Source: an uncultured virus (IMG/VR IMGVR_UViG_3300005077_000036) (Duplodnaviria > Heunggongvirae > Uroviricota > Caudoviricetes). From it: a stretch of 64,000 bases of DNA. The translations under genes and the position numbers were made by a program. The notes beneath the pieces were generated by a model. The model was not told the DNA's origin and ran no database searches. It worked only from the letters and a program-made list of their open reading frames with translations. Shown piece after piece: positions 1 to 9,370 of the stretch. Location: IMG/VR virus record IMGVR_UViG_3300005077_000036; one strand, 5' to 3'. Numbering within the stretch: position 1 is the stretch's first letter; every line of letters starts with the position of its first letter.

Positions 1-198
1 GCGCTCAAGGCGGCGTCTCACATGCTTGCGGGCGTAAAGGATGCCTGTTCGAAGCCGGACATACGAGAATCCATCGTCGAGTTTTCGAAGGCCTGGGCTC
101 ATTTGCGCACTCTCACGAATTTGATAGGCGCACCGGGCCCAGGTCCAGCCGTCCCAGCGGTTCCAGACCCGTTGATGTTCGACCCATCCGTGGTGTAA
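1..198 (+). CDS. 3' end of hypothetical protein (partial)
   Basis: Frame 1 is open from base 1 to TAA at 196-198 (ALKAASHML...FDPSVV). Confidence 0.5.
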   Translation, partial: ALKAASHMLAGVKDACSKPDIRESIVEFSKAWAHLRTLTNLIGAPGPGPAVPAVPDPLMFDPSVV

Positions 199-209
199 CC
201 TTCGCTCGG

Positions 210-542
210 ATGAGCGACCCCCCCTCTCGCAAGCCGTGTGACCGGCTGATCTCTGTCACCTCCTGGCTCAATGAGGCGCTCGTAGCGCAGCTGGACGAGC
301 AGTGCGCGAGTCTAGGTGTGTCAAGAAGCGAGCTGTGCCGTCGGGCGATATCAAGCTTTCTTCATTCCGGCCGGCGGTGTGACGGGTGTGTCAGGTTCCG
401 ATATTTCGGCGAGGGGGAGGCCAGGCCCGCGAACACGCAAGGAGTGTGTCGAATCATGATGGGCTCGCATCGGTATGCGACCCTGGCAGGACATGTCTGC
501 GACGCTTGGGCGCCAGCGGAACAAGAAAGGCGGAGCACGTGA
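210..542 (+). CDS. Ribbon-helix-helix (CopG/Arc-like) DNA-binding protein with Cys-rich C-terminus
   Basis: SVTSWLNEALVAQLDEQCASLGVSRSELCRRAI has the RHH pattern; CxxC follows. Confidence 0.6.
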   Translation: MSDPPSRKPCDRLISVTSWLNEALVAQLDEQCASLGVSRSELCRRAISSFLHSGRRCDGCVRFRYFGEGEARPANTQGVCRIMMGSHRYATLAGHVCDAWAPAEQERRST

Positions 543-1372
543 GTAAAACATTCGAGAAGCTCGGCGGCGGGCTCGACTACAAGGGCAAGATCCCCGTAAC
601 CGGCGTGGTGCTCGGGTTCGAGAAAAAACGAGGCCAGGTGTACGGGCTGGATGGGACGAAGCCCGACATCGACTTGCGAAATCTCGTGAAGCGAGGGATC
701 TACCAGGACGGCACGCAGGTCTGCGTGGCTGTGGACTTCATGCAGCAACTTTACATGCGGTCCACGTATCTCATCCGGCAAGGCCTCAGCAGCGCCGAGC
801 CATGCGAGGCTTCCATCCCGGGGCACTACCGGCTCGCTCGGGCTCGCAAGGCCGGCAAGGCCTCGAAGGCGAAAGGGTGGCGGCCAATCGACGTGGGCTG
901 CTCGATTCACGACCTGTGGATGGCGGCGCAGGAGGTGGGCATCATGCCCGCTTCGTCGTGGCCCTTTGACCCAGCGAAGGTCGACGACAAGGGACCCTTG
1001 GCGGCCTACCAGAAGGCCGGGACGAGGGACTGGCTCAAATGGCGCTACGTCGCTCCCGTGGAGGACGCAATTCGTGGCGCGCTGGTGTCCAACTACGGGG
1101 TTGGCCTTCCACTGCCTGTTGACCAGGGGCTCATCGATTGGACGTTCGACAAACCGCCCTGGCGCTTCGAGGGAGCTTTGAAGGGGTATCACATGGTCAC
1201 GGCGTGCGGCGCGACGAAGGAGGGCATCCTCTTCCATACCGCGTGGCGTGATTGGAACCGGGGGAGCGTTTTCGGGCTGTGCGATTGGTCGATGCTCAAT
1301 CACGAGATGACCGGTCTGCCCGTCATGCTGCTGCCTCAGGACGACTTCTTGAAGGCATGGAGGGCGAAATGA
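539..1372 (+). CDS. Papain-like (C1-type) cysteine peptidase
   Basis: YQDGTQVCVA resembles the catalytic Cys/oxyanion Gln motif; GYHMVTACG gives the catalytic His; HTAW replaces NSW. GTG start overlaps the upstream TGA. Confidence 0.7.
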   Translation: MSKTFEKLGGGLDYKGKIPVTGVVLGFEKKRGQVYGLDGTKPDIDLRNLVKRGIYQDGTQVCVAVDFMQQLYMRSTYLIRQGLSSAEPCEASIPGHYRLARARKAGKASKAKGWRPIDVGCSIHDLWMAAQEVGIMPASSWPFDPAKVDDKGPLAAYQKAGTRDWLKWRYVAPVEDAIRGALVSNYGVGLPLPVDQGLIDWTFDKPPWRFEGALKGYHMVTACGATKEGILFHTAWRDWNRGSVFGLCDWSMLNHEMTGLPVMLLPQDDFLKAWRAK

Positions 1373-1659
1373 AGGCGCTGCGGTGGATCGGTGTTGCTGC
1401 GTTTGCTCTGGCGACGGCGTGCAGCTCGCAGAAGGTGGTCGACCCGCCCGACCCGAGCTTGCCGGTGTGCGACCGGATGTGCGAGGCGCTGTCCCGGCTT
1501 AGCTGCCCGGAGGCGAAGGGCGACTCGGGCAAGAGCTGCGAGGAGCTTTGCGATGAGCACCAGGCGCTTCCGTACGAGACCTACGATGCGGAGGCGATAG
1601 CGCAGTCTCGAACGGTCGACGCGGTGCGCGCGGCTGGCGCCGAGTGCAAGACAGAGTAG
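1369..1659 (+). CDS. Cys-rich lipoprotein
   Basis: MKALRWIGVAAFALATAC signal peptide with lipobox; CxxxC motifs; ATGA-coupled to the peptidase. Confidence 0.7.
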   Translation: MKALRWIGVAAFALATACSSQKVVDPPDPSLPVCDRMCEALSRLSCPEAKGDSGKSCEELCDEHQALPYETYDAEAIAQSRTVDAVRAAGAECKTE

Positions 1660-1674
1660 AACGATTGCTTTTTG

Positions 1675-1703
1675 TATAAGCACCTGCTAAGCGTGCGCTT
1701 AGC
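1675..1703. promoter_or_regulatory. Triple-heptamer operator, copy 1
   Basis: TATAAGC-ACCT-GCTAAGC-GTGC-GCTTAGC directly before ATG 1705. Confidence 0.65.
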
Positions 1704-1704
1704 C

Positions 1705-2358
1705 ATGGCCCCCCTGAGAAAATTCACCGACCTCATCTGCGGCTGCGGAGATCCCTCGGCCGTGCTGAAGCAGACGTGCGCATTCCTTCGCGTGATGGAG
1801 GAGTGGAGCCGAGAGGCGCGAGAGCGCAACTACGAGTTGAGAGACAGGGAAGCCGACGCAGCGCGCGCGAAGGAAATTCAGCAAAAATTCAAGGATCTCG
1901 CTGGCAGCGAGGAGTCGTACTGGCTGTGGCTGTACTTTCTCACAGCTGCCGACCTGGCGGAGCACGGGACGAGCGTGCGCTGGTCTTGGCCTACTGCAGA
2001 AGGAAACCAGATCCTTCGCCGCTGCGAGGGGTGTGAAACCGACGAACAGTGGGATGCGACATACGAGAAGCTGGTGAGCGAGATCGACTACGACGAGCCG
2101 CCAGATTCCGGCCGCAGGGGCTGTGCGTCGACCGTGCGGTGGAGGACTACGGACCCGAGACCTGTCGAGAAAAGCCTCGGAATTGTGGTTGTGTTCGAGC
2201 CGTCACCAGGTGCTTTATTGGCGACGTGTGCGGTCGTTTCGCCGGATGGCAAGGTGTATGCTCAGGCCTCGCCGGGGCTCTTGTTGATTGACGCAGACGC
2301 CGGGTGGACAAACTGGGCTTGGGTGCCTGCTCCACCGAAGGAGGAGACCGATGTTTGA
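1705..2358 (+). CDS. Hypothetical protein
   Basis: Co-oriented ORF overlapping the next gene. Confidence 0.55.
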   Translation: MAPLRKFTDLICGCGDPSAVLKQTCAFLRVMEEWSREARERNYELRDREADAARAKEIQQKFKDLAGSEESYWLWLYFLTAADLAEHGTSVRWSWPTAEGNQILRRCEGCETDEQWDATYEKLVSEIDYDEPPDSGRRGCASTVRWRTTDPRPVEKSLGIVVVFEPSPGALLATCAVVSPDGKVYAQASPGLLLIDADAGWTNWAWVPAPPKEETDV

Positions 2359-2950
2359 AAACTGGATGAATGAATACATGTCCAAGCGGGGGTACGAGGT
2401 GAAGCGGGTGCATCCGCCCGACCAGCCGGTGAGACGAGTGCTGCTCGGGGCGGTTGCGGGTGCTGCTGTCGCGTACTGCCTGACGCCCAAGGCCACGCCC
2501 TCGCTCGTTCGTGCGGTCTCTGAGCTGGCTCCGTACCTGACCAACATCATCATGGCTCACAAGGCCCGAGAGGTTCCCCCAGCCTCGCCGAGGCCCGAAC
2601 AGACTTGGATGCCGAGGCCCGAGCCGGCTGCGGGTGAGCAGCAAGGGACCTTGACCGACGAGCAGCTGAAAAACATGCCGGAGGGATGCTGCGGGTGGAA
2701 ATACGTCACGCCCAACCTGAGGGTGCAGAGGGTGGGGCTTGCGTCGGGGAGCGACCGCGTTGGCGAGTTCGGGCACATCGAGTTCGTGCTCGTCATCCGG
2801 GACATCACCACGGGTGCGGACATGGTCCTGCCGGTAAGTGCGCTGGGACGTCTGATGGAGGCTGCCAACGGGCCCTCTTCCCACGCTGACGAGCCTGACG
2901 TTTCTGGCGAGCCTGACGCTGCTGACGAGCCTGCGCCCGAACCTTTCTGA
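2351..2950 (+). CDS. Hypothetical protein with hydrophobic segment
   Basis: GAGGAG RBS before ATG 2351; hydrophobic VLLGAVAGAAVAYCL; acidic DEPD repeats at the C-terminus. Confidence 0.6.
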   Translation: MFENWMNEYMSKRGYEVKRVHPPDQPVRRVLLGAVAGAAVAYCLTPKATPSLVRAVSELAPYLTNIIMAHKAREVPPASPRPEQTWMPRPEPAAGEQQGTLTDEQLKNMPEGCCGWKYVTPNLRVQRVGLASGSDRVGEFGHIEFVLVIRDITTGADMVLPVSALGRLMEAANGPSSHADEPDVSGEPDAADEPAPEPF

Positions 2951-3027
2951 TCCTCCCGTCTCCCCTCCCGCCTTCCTGTTACACTTTTCCGCTTGGCAAA
3001 GTCGCCGCACCGTGGCATGCTCGCGGC

Positions 3028-3903
3028 ATGGCAAAGACACACGACATTCCCGTGTCTCGATCGAAACTGCGCAGCGCGGAAGCGCTATCGTCCTCGATGC
3101 TCGAAATCCTGACCGAGATGGCGGCTGGTGCGGCCAAGCTCGAATCGCAATTCATGAGATTCGATCGATTTCTGGCTGGCTCCTTGTTGCAGGAGGAGGC
3201 GGAGCGAAAGGTTGCGCAGAGGAAATACCCGTATGCGGATTACCCTGACCCTACTACGATCGCTGAAACGCGGCGGCGCTTGCTGGTGGAGTTGGATTAC
3301 TTGGGCACGTTGCTCACAGAGGCCAACGAGATTCTCATTCGCCGGCTGGACGACCTTGAGGGAGAAGAGATCCTGCCCGGGACGCCGCTGGTGGTAGAGC
3401 TTGTGAGGGATCTACGCAGCAAGTACGACGAGGTCCGTGCGGAGGTGGAGCGACTGAAAAGACACCACGTACATCCTGACGTCGTCGAGCGCGAGCGGGA
3501 CGAAGCCGTGACCGCTGAGATGGTGTCGGTCGCCATGCGCATCGGCATGCCCCTGCCCGAAATCGACACCGCTATCACGCCAGCGGACATTGCGATGTTC
3601 GTCAAGTCGGAGCGGGACAAGACCGTTCGCGCCGCGCTATCCACAGCGGTGGATGTCGCCGATGAGTGGCTCAGGAATCACAAGGCAGCCGGAGACACGA
3701 TCGACGACTTGGCCGAAGACCTCTTGAACGCCTGCATCTTGCAGGACAAACAGTATGAAGCCAGGTGCGCCGAGGCCGTTCGCGGCGCGCTGGAGGCGGC
3801 GGCGCTCGAAGTGAATCATCGGATCTGCTCGGCATCATGGCGAGCTATGACTACCGAAGAACAGGCAAGAACCCTCCGAGCCGCCGTGCTGAGGGTGAAG
3901 TGA
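3028..3903 (+). CDS. Coiled-coil hypothetical protein
   Basis: 291 aa helical ORF; TGGCATGCT -10-like element just upstream (leaderless). Confidence 0.6.
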   Translation: MAKTHDIPVSRSKLRSAEALSSSMLEILTEMAAGAAKLESQFMRFDRFLAGSLLQEEAERKVAQRKYPYADYPDPTTIAETRRRLLVELDYLGTLLTEANEILIRRLDDLEGEEILPGTPLVVELVRDLRSKYDEVRAEVERLKRHHVHPDVVERERDEAVTAEMVSVAMRIGMPLPEIDTAITPADIAMFVKSERDKTVRAALSTAVDVADEWLRNHKAAGDTIDDLAEDLLNACILQDKQYEARCAEAVRGALEAAALEVNHRICSASWRAMTTEEQARTLRAAVLRVK

Positions 3904-4217
3904 TGGGACGATTCGACACACCGACACTGATGGACCTCGCAATCGCAGAGGATGACAGGCGGGCATACGCAAAGCGAAAGCAACAAGAGGAAATCGCTAC
4001 CCTTCGAGCACGTATCGTCGAGTTGGAGCGCCAGTGCGAAGCGTGGGCTGCGTCCGACAAGCGGCTCATGGGGCTGATTGCGGAGCGAGACGAACGCATC
4101 ACCGAACTGGAGCGCGAGCGGGACGAGGCTGCTCAAGTAGTGTTGAAGACCGTGGCCGAGTTTGTTGGCGACCCTGACATGCTTCGGGATATCCGCGCCG
4201 CCGTGGAGGGAGAGTGA
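3903..4217 (+). CDS. Coiled-coil hypothetical protein
   Basis: TGATG coupling; shares ERERDEA with the previous gene. Confidence 0.55.
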   Translation: MGRFDTPTLMDLAIAEDDRRAYAKRKQQEEIATLRARIVELERQCEAWAASDKRLMGLIAERDERITELERERDEAAQVVLKTVAEFVGDPDMLRDIRAAVEGE

Positions 4218-4220
4218 GCG

Positions 4221-4589
4221 ATGAAGACGCGCGGGATCATAGGTAAGCGCATCGTGGCGATTCGCCAGCGCAAGTTCTTTTCATCGCACCTCGGAACGAT
4301 GGACAACACGATTCTTGAAATCGAGTTGAACGACGGGACGCTCCTGCGCCCGTTGGTAGGTGAGCAGGACGGGTCATACTCGGTCGATTTCGTCGTGGTG
4401 AGGGGGATAGCCAAACCAGACGTGTTCCGAGAGGGCTGCGTGGACGAGGCGTACATGGTGGAAGTGAAGCCCGACGCTCCAAAGTGCAAGCACGGGCTGC
4501 ACGAGTGCGAAAAATGCGGGCAAAGGCGAACGGACGCTACCCACAAGACCGTCCGTGGCAAGGGCGTTGTGGGTCGAATCAAGAGGTAA
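4221..4589 (+). CDS. Hypothetical protein with C-terminal Cys/His motif
   Basis: GGAG RBS; CKHGLHECEKC. Confidence 0.55.
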   Translation: MKTRGIIGKRIVAIRQRKFFSSHLGTMDNTILEIELNDGTLLRPLVGEQDGSYSVDFVVVRGIAKPDVFREGCVDEAYMVEVKPDAPKCKHGLHECEKCGQRRTDATHKTVRGKGVVGRIKR

Positions 4590-4593
4590 CGAT

Positions 4594-5139
4594 ATGCTGA
4601 AGATAAACAAATCAATGTTCCTGCAGGTGGTGGCTGTTCTCGCCTCCGGGTGCTCGACCAAAGACAGCGCAGTCTCGGCTGACTCCACCACGTGTGAGCA
4701 GCTCTGTCAGATAGAGTACGCCTGCGGTGGAGACGCGCGGGATCAGGTCCGAGACGAGTGCGAGCGCCACTGTGAGCAGGCTCTCGCTGGTGAGTGCGCG
4801 CCTGTGTTCGGTTGGCTGGCGCAGTGCGACCTCGCTATCACAGGGCACGGGGATGTCGCGTGCGTCGCGGAGGGCATCATCTACCAGGTGCCGGGCTGCG
4901 AGCACTGGGGGGATGCCTACGAGGTGTGCGAGCAGGCCGGAGGCAGGCAAGCATGTCAGAGCACTTGTGGGTGGGCTGCCGAGGCGTGCTCTGCCGAGGA
5001 CTACGAGCAGTGCATGTTGGAGTGCTACTCGACGTATGGCGCTTGTCTTCGAGGGACCGCGCCGGGATACTTCTGGTTTGCCTGCTCAAGCGGGCAGGAA
5101 TCCGAGCGAATGACTAGCTGCACTGACATCGGAGGCTGA
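4594..5139 (+). CDS. Cys-rich lipoprotein
   Basis: VVAVLASGC lipobox; repeated CxxxC motifs. Confidence 0.65.
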   Translation: MLKINKSMFLQVVAVLASGCSTKDSAVSADSTTCEQLCQIEYACGGDARDQVRDECERHCEQALAGECAPVFGWLAQCDLAITGHGDVACVAEGIIYQVPGCEHWGDAYEVCEQAGGRQACQSTCGWAAEACSAEDYEQCMLECYSTYGACLRGTAPGYFWFACSSGQESERMTSCTDIGG

Positions 5140-5140
5140 C

Positions 5141-5488
5141 GTGGCTTTGACAGAAAACGAAAACGAAGACGCGGGTGTGCCCGACTTCATCACGGCGCGA
5201 TATGCTGTCGGGGAGCCTGTTACCATTCCGCCCCCGGCGACGAAAAATTGGGGGTGGATTTATCATCAATCGTGGGTGCAGGGCGACACATTGACCGTCA
5301 TGTGGCGGCGAAGTCGATGGCATGTCAGGGACAGCGACCTGTGTCAGTCGTGTGGCAAACCCTTCGGTACCCCTTGGGTGGCAGGTGCGAAGTACGTTTG
5401 CCCGTGCGGGATGGTGTACGTGTCGTACGTGAACGAGCCCAAGCGAAGGTACGACTGGAAACCAGAGCACTCGTACGGTTCAGCGTGA
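5141..5488 (+). CDS. Zn-ribbon hypothetical protein
   Basis: GGAGG RBS; CQSC...CPCG. Confidence 0.5.
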   Translation: MALTENENEDAGVPDFITARYAVGEPVTIPPPATKNWGWIYHQSWVQGDTLTVMWRRSRWHVRDSDLCQSCGKPFGTPWVAGAKYVCPCGMVYVSYVNEPKRRYDWKPEHSYGSA

Positions 5489-5496
5489 GAAGGGTC

Positions 5497-6261
5497 ATGA
5501 ACTACCGGGATTTCGTCAGAGAAGCAGTACGGCAGCACGGGAAAGGGCATCAATTCGTTGCGGTCGTGCCCTTGAAGTTGGAGCGCTCGGGCAACACCCG
5601 AGAGCACTGGCGAAAGACGCACAAGCGCACGCAAGAGCATAAGATGCTCACTACCTCCTGCTTGCGACTCCAGATCGCTCCCGGTCGGTTTATGTCGCTA
5701 CCGGTTCAAGTCACCATGATTCGACTGGGGCCCAGGCGCATGGACAGCGACAACGTGGTGTCCACGTTCAAGGACGTCCAAGATGCAGTGGCCGATTGGC
5801 TTGGGGTGGGCGACGGAGATTTGCGCGTCGACTGGGTGTACAAGCAAGCTCGGAGTACGCAGTACGGGGTGGTCATTTTGGTGAAACCCAAGGCTGAAGG
5901 CGGTTACGGAGCCCTGTTCAGGCAGGCGAGGAAAGCCGCCAAGGTGACGCTTGCGGCTGCCGCCCGGCACCTGGACGTATCCACCTCGTTTCTCTCGGAT
6001 GTGGAGCTTGGCCGGAGGCCTCCGATGGCGAACGATCGCACATGCCTCGCGGCGGAGCTATTCGGTGTGAAGCCAGAAACGCTGGTTGAGGCTGCAGCCG
6101 TTCGGCGGGGCGAGTACGTGCTCCCCGCGTCCGTGAGCGACAAAGGCCTGAAGGCTGGCGCTGCGCTAGCGTGTGGGTGGGAGCGCTTCGACGACAAAAC
6201 TTTCGACGAGATTCTTGACGTGATTCTCACTACAAAACAATGCGGAGGCAAACATGGGTAA
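5497..6261 (+). CDS. RusA-like Holliday junction resolvase fused to XRE HTH
   Basis: RRMDSDNVVSTFKDVQDAVADWLGVGDGD resembles RusA DxDN/K/D motifs; the C-terminal LAAAARHLDVSTSFLSDVELGRR is an XRE HTH. Confidence 0.65.
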   Translation: MNYRDFVREAVRQHGKGHQFVAVVPLKLERSGNTREHWRKTHKRTQEHKMLTTSCLRLQIAPGRFMSLPVQVTMIRLGPRRMDSDNVVSTFKDVQDAVADWLGVGDGDLRVDWVYKQARSTQYGVVILVKPKAEGGYGALFRQARKAAKVTLAAAARHLDVSTSFLSDVELGRRPPMANDRTCLAAELFGVKPETLVEAAAVRRGEYVLPASVSDKGLKAGAALACGWERFDDKTFDEILDVILTTKQCGGKHG

Positions 6262-6370
6262 ACGTTACATCGTGGAAGAGGTTAGCAGTGGGCCCGGTTG
6301 TTTTTCTGTGATAGGGTTCATCGTGGTGGTGCTTCTCATACTGTCCGCTGCAGCAGGCATCGTGAAGTAG
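6254..6370 (+). CDS. Small single-TM membrane protein (38 aa)
   Basis: GGAGG RBS; MGKRYIVEEVSSGPGCFSVIGFIVVVLLILSAAAGIVK; below the ORF-track cutoff. Confidence 0.55.
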   Translation: MGKRYIVEEVSSGPGCFSVIGFIVVVLLILSAAAGIVK

Positions 6371-6417
6371 GCCCGGCCGACGTGGCAGCTCGGCGCCTCC
6401 TGTCGTAGCATGCCGGC

Positions 6418-7560
6418 ATGGTTGCTCGCTCCAACCCCTTCATTTCCACGGCCACCGACGCTCCGCCCCGGGTGCCTCGTGTGCTCGAAATGCTCTGGCG
6501 CCAGGGCCGGTTGCCGGTGCCTCCGCAGCTCAGGGGCGGAGGGGAGGTGGAGCTTGTGGGCAGGGGTGCGTTCGCCTATGTGATACCTGCCGAGGGGTGG
6601 AACGCGGTGTACAAGCTGACGCACGACATCACGGAGGCCTTCCTCGCGTCCGTCCAGCAAGACGGGCGCCTGTCGCCAGCTACGAACTCGATCCTGCCGC
6701 GCTACCTCATGGACCCCATTATCCACACGGAAGAGGGCGGAGCACCGATGGCGGTGATGCTGGTCGAGTTCATGGAATCGCCCCCCCGTGGCTGGTTTTC
6801 CCCACGAGGCTCGTCGTCTGCTCGCAAATGGTTCGACCATGACGTGCTCTTGCAGTTCGCGGGCATCGACGACCCGAGGCGCCCGATGGAGCAAGACGAG
6901 TGGACGCGGCGCCGCGAAGGTATGCGAAAGCTGGCGAAGAAACCTCGTTTTGACGCCATGTTTACGCCGTACTCGTCGCCGGGCGCGCGCAGGCGTCAAG
7001 GCCGATCGGATGTGCTCGACCGCTTGAATCACTGGGGACTTTCATTCGCAGCCCACGTTTCCGAAGCAATGCAGCCCGCGGAGATCCCCCGGGGTTGCGA
7101 GCGAGAATGGCAGCAGGCGACGCAGATCGTCAAACAGCTCCGGCCGTCCATCTCGGAGCCGCTGCCCCCCGGAAGATTCTCGCTTGAGGACTCGCCGTAC
7201 CTGGGTCGCAGGCCGCTGTGGATGGTCGTGCACGACCTTCGCGATGAGGAGCAAGAGCGGGAGATGACGCTGGCGGCGTACCTCTACTTCGTCCTGAGGT
7301 GTGCGCAGCATCCGACGCTCCGTCCCCTCGGGCTGGGTTTAGAGTCGATGTACCGTCAGGGGCTCATCGCGTGCGACGTGAAGGTGGACAACATGGGCCG
7401 CAAGCTGCATCCCGATGGGACTTTCACCCCAGCGCTCATGGACGGCGGGTGGACCTGCCCGGTGAAGAGCACCTGGGAAGCCGACTGGGCCGGCATCGGG
7501 GCGTACATGCCATGGCCCTTGGAAGTTGAGCGTGCCGCGGGAATCCGGCCGAGGAGATAA
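6418..7560 (+). CDS. Protein-kinase-like fold protein
   Basis: VGRGAFAYV Gly loop, VYKLT Lys, CDVKVDNMG catalytic loop, MDGG metal-binding motif; N-terminal MVARSNPF tag. Confidence 0.65.
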   Translation: MVARSNPFISTATDAPPRVPRVLEMLWRQGRLPVPPQLRGGGEVELVGRGAFAYVIPAEGWNAVYKLTHDITEAFLASVQQDGRLSPATNSILPRYLMDPIIHTEEGGAPMAVMLVEFMESPPRGWFSPRGSSSARKWFDHDVLLQFAGIDDPRRPMEQDEWTRRREGMRKLAKKPRFDAMFTPYSSPGARRRQGRSDVLDRLNHWGLSFAAHVSEAMQPAEIPRGCEREWQQATQIVKQLRPSISEPLPPGRFSLEDSPYLGRRPLWMVVHDLRDEEQEREMTLAAYLYFVLRCAQHPTLRPLGLGLESMYRQGLIACDVKVDNMGRKLHPDGTFTPALMDGGWTCPVKSTWEADWAGIGAYMPWPLEVERAAGIRPRR

Positions 7561-7562
7561 CG

Positions 7563-8600
7563 ATGAAGCCTGCGCTGTTCATGGAAATGAATTGTACGAC
7601 TTACGTGTGCGGCAGCATGCTCACGGAGCTGTGGCCCGAAGGTAAGCCGTACGTGGTGACCGAGTCTGTCAGCGGGTTCTCCGCTGCCCACAAGCAGCAT
7701 TTTCAGGCGATTGCTGCCGCGAACGGCGGCAGGATCCTCGTTCCCCTGCTCAAGAAATACAAGATCAACCCTGCGGACGTATCGGGTATCGTGCTCGCGG
7801 GTTTCTCCGCCGGGTGCTGGGGCGTTGCGGAGATGCTGGCGGACCCGGATGTGGGGATGGTGTCCGCGGTGCTGTGTGTGGACGGGCTCCACTACCCGAC
7901 GGGAGCGAAGTTCGAGACGTTTGCCCGACGTGCGGCAGCCGGCGAGGTCATGCTCGTGGACCTGTACTCGGCCATTCCGGTCAGTGGGTACACGTCCACC
8001 CGAGACAGCGCGCGCAAGCTCGCCTCCATCGTCGGCGCCAGCTCGGTTGCTCCCGTGCTCCCCGGCTCCGACGAGTCCTGGAACGTGGGCGGATTCTACG
8101 CGGTCGGCTTCCCGGGCAAGGACAAGCAAGCGCACATCGACCAGGTGAACAAATACCAGCCGCTTGCTTGGCAGCACCTCGTCGCTCCCTGGGTGAGAGG
8201 CAAGTCGACCGGGTCGGGCACCGGGGCGAAGCCGCCGGCTCCAACGCTGCCGTACTACCCCGGGCAGCCCTGTTCGGACCCCGCCACCATCCGGTACGTG
8301 CAGACGCTCATCGGGGCCACGCCTGATGGCAAGTGGGGTCCGCAGAGCCAGGCGAAGCTCGACACGGTGGGCGGGTACTACTACGCGTTCGCGCCGGGCT
8401 GCACGGGAACGGTCCCCAAGGCCTCCTCGGGCGGGGGCTCTGGCGGGGGCTCTGGCGACTCCGGGGGGGCTGGAGGTTCGGGAGGTGGCGGCGGCGCGCC
8501 GGCTCCCAGCACGGCTGGCCTGGAGGCGGGGACGGCCATCGTGGGGGGAGCTGTAGGCTTCGCTCTTGGGCGGCTGCTTTCAAGGTGGGTGCGGCGATGA
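7563..8600 (+). CDS. Alpha/beta-hydrolase-like protein with PG-binding-like domain, Gly linker and C-terminal TM anchor
   Basis: LAGFSAG nucleophile elbow; QTLIGATPDGKWGPQSQAKL resembles PG_binding_1; hydrophobic tail followed by RWVRR. Confidence 0.6.
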   Translation: MKPALFMEMNCTTYVCGSMLTELWPEGKPYVVTESVSGFSAAHKQHFQAIAAANGGRILVPLLKKYKINPADVSGIVLAGFSAGCWGVAEMLADPDVGMVSAVLCVDGLHYPTGAKFETFARRAAAGEVMLVDLYSAIPVSGYTSTRDSARKLASIVGASSVAPVLPGSDESWNVGGFYAVGFPGKDKQAHIDQVNKYQPLAWQHLVAPWVRGKSTGSGTGAKPPAPTLPYYPGQPCSDPATIRYVQTLIGATPDGKWGPQSQAKLDTVGGYYYAFAPGCTGTVPKASSGGGSGGGSGDSGGAGGSGGGGGAPAPSTAGLEAGTAIVGGAVGFALGRLLSRWVRR

Positions 8601-9370
8601 GAAGTGCGAGAGCCAACGCGTTCGTTCAGGTCAATCGAGCCCAGCGGTCGCTTCTACGGAACGTCGTGAAAGGGCGATGGGTCTCGGAGTTTGGCGCAGG
8701 GGATTTGGAGCTTGCGAACATGATGGCGGGGATGGGCGCTAAACAGGTATTTGCCTTGGACCGGAGTTACTACCCGTACAACATCGACCGCCTGATCCCC
8801 GTCATTCGTCCACGCGTGGAGATTCATACTCCGCCCCAGAGCTTCTCGGAGTTGCTTGCCGACGTCCAGGAGCCTGAGTCCAGGCCTATGCAAAACGACC
8901 GTGTAGCGGTTGTTGCTTGGCCGGATGCAGGAACGAGCGATCGTGACGAGTATGAGATGGAGGCGTTGGCAAGGCTGTTGAACCAATTTGAGTACGTCGT
9001 GTACATCGGGAAAAACACGGATGGGTGTGTATGCGGGCATCTTGTGCTGTTTGAATACCTCGTGACAAGGGAGGTCGTCGCTCACGCGCCTGACCGATAC
9101 AACACGATGATCGTTTACGGTCATCGAGATCGCTCGTATCCGTACATCCTGCCCGAAGAGGCAGCGGCTCTGACCACGTGGAGCCGCAGTCGGCGGGGTG
9201 GTCGCATCGTGAGCTACGAGGACTCGTTTCGCATCGCCAAGGTGGCGTCGAGGGGGTACGAGCCTGGCGTCGTGTATGCCCCCGAACCGCCTGACTGGCG
9301 CCCGGATGAGTTCATTCCCGAGGACTACTACACGAGCAATCGGAGCCGAGGAGGGCGGCGGCGCAGATGA
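8597..9370 (+). CDS. Class I SAM-dependent methyltransferase-like protein with shared C-terminal tag (array gene A)
   Basis: VSEFGAGD motif I and VFALDR motif II; starts MRSARANAF; ends DWRPDEFIPEDYYTSNRSRGGRRRR. Confidence 0.6.
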   Translation: MRSARANAFVQVNRAQRSLLRNVVKGRWVSEFGAGDLELANMMAGMGAKQVFALDRSYYPYNIDRLIPVIRPRVEIHTPPQSFSELLADVQEPESRPMQNDRVAVVAWPDAGTSDRDEYEMEALARLLNQFEYVVYIGKNTDGCVCGHLVLFEYLVTREVVAHAPDRYNTMIVYGHRDRSYPYILPEEAAALTTWSRSRRGGRIVSYEDSFRIAKVASRGYEPGVVYAPEPPDWRPDEFIPEDYYTSNRSRGGRRRR

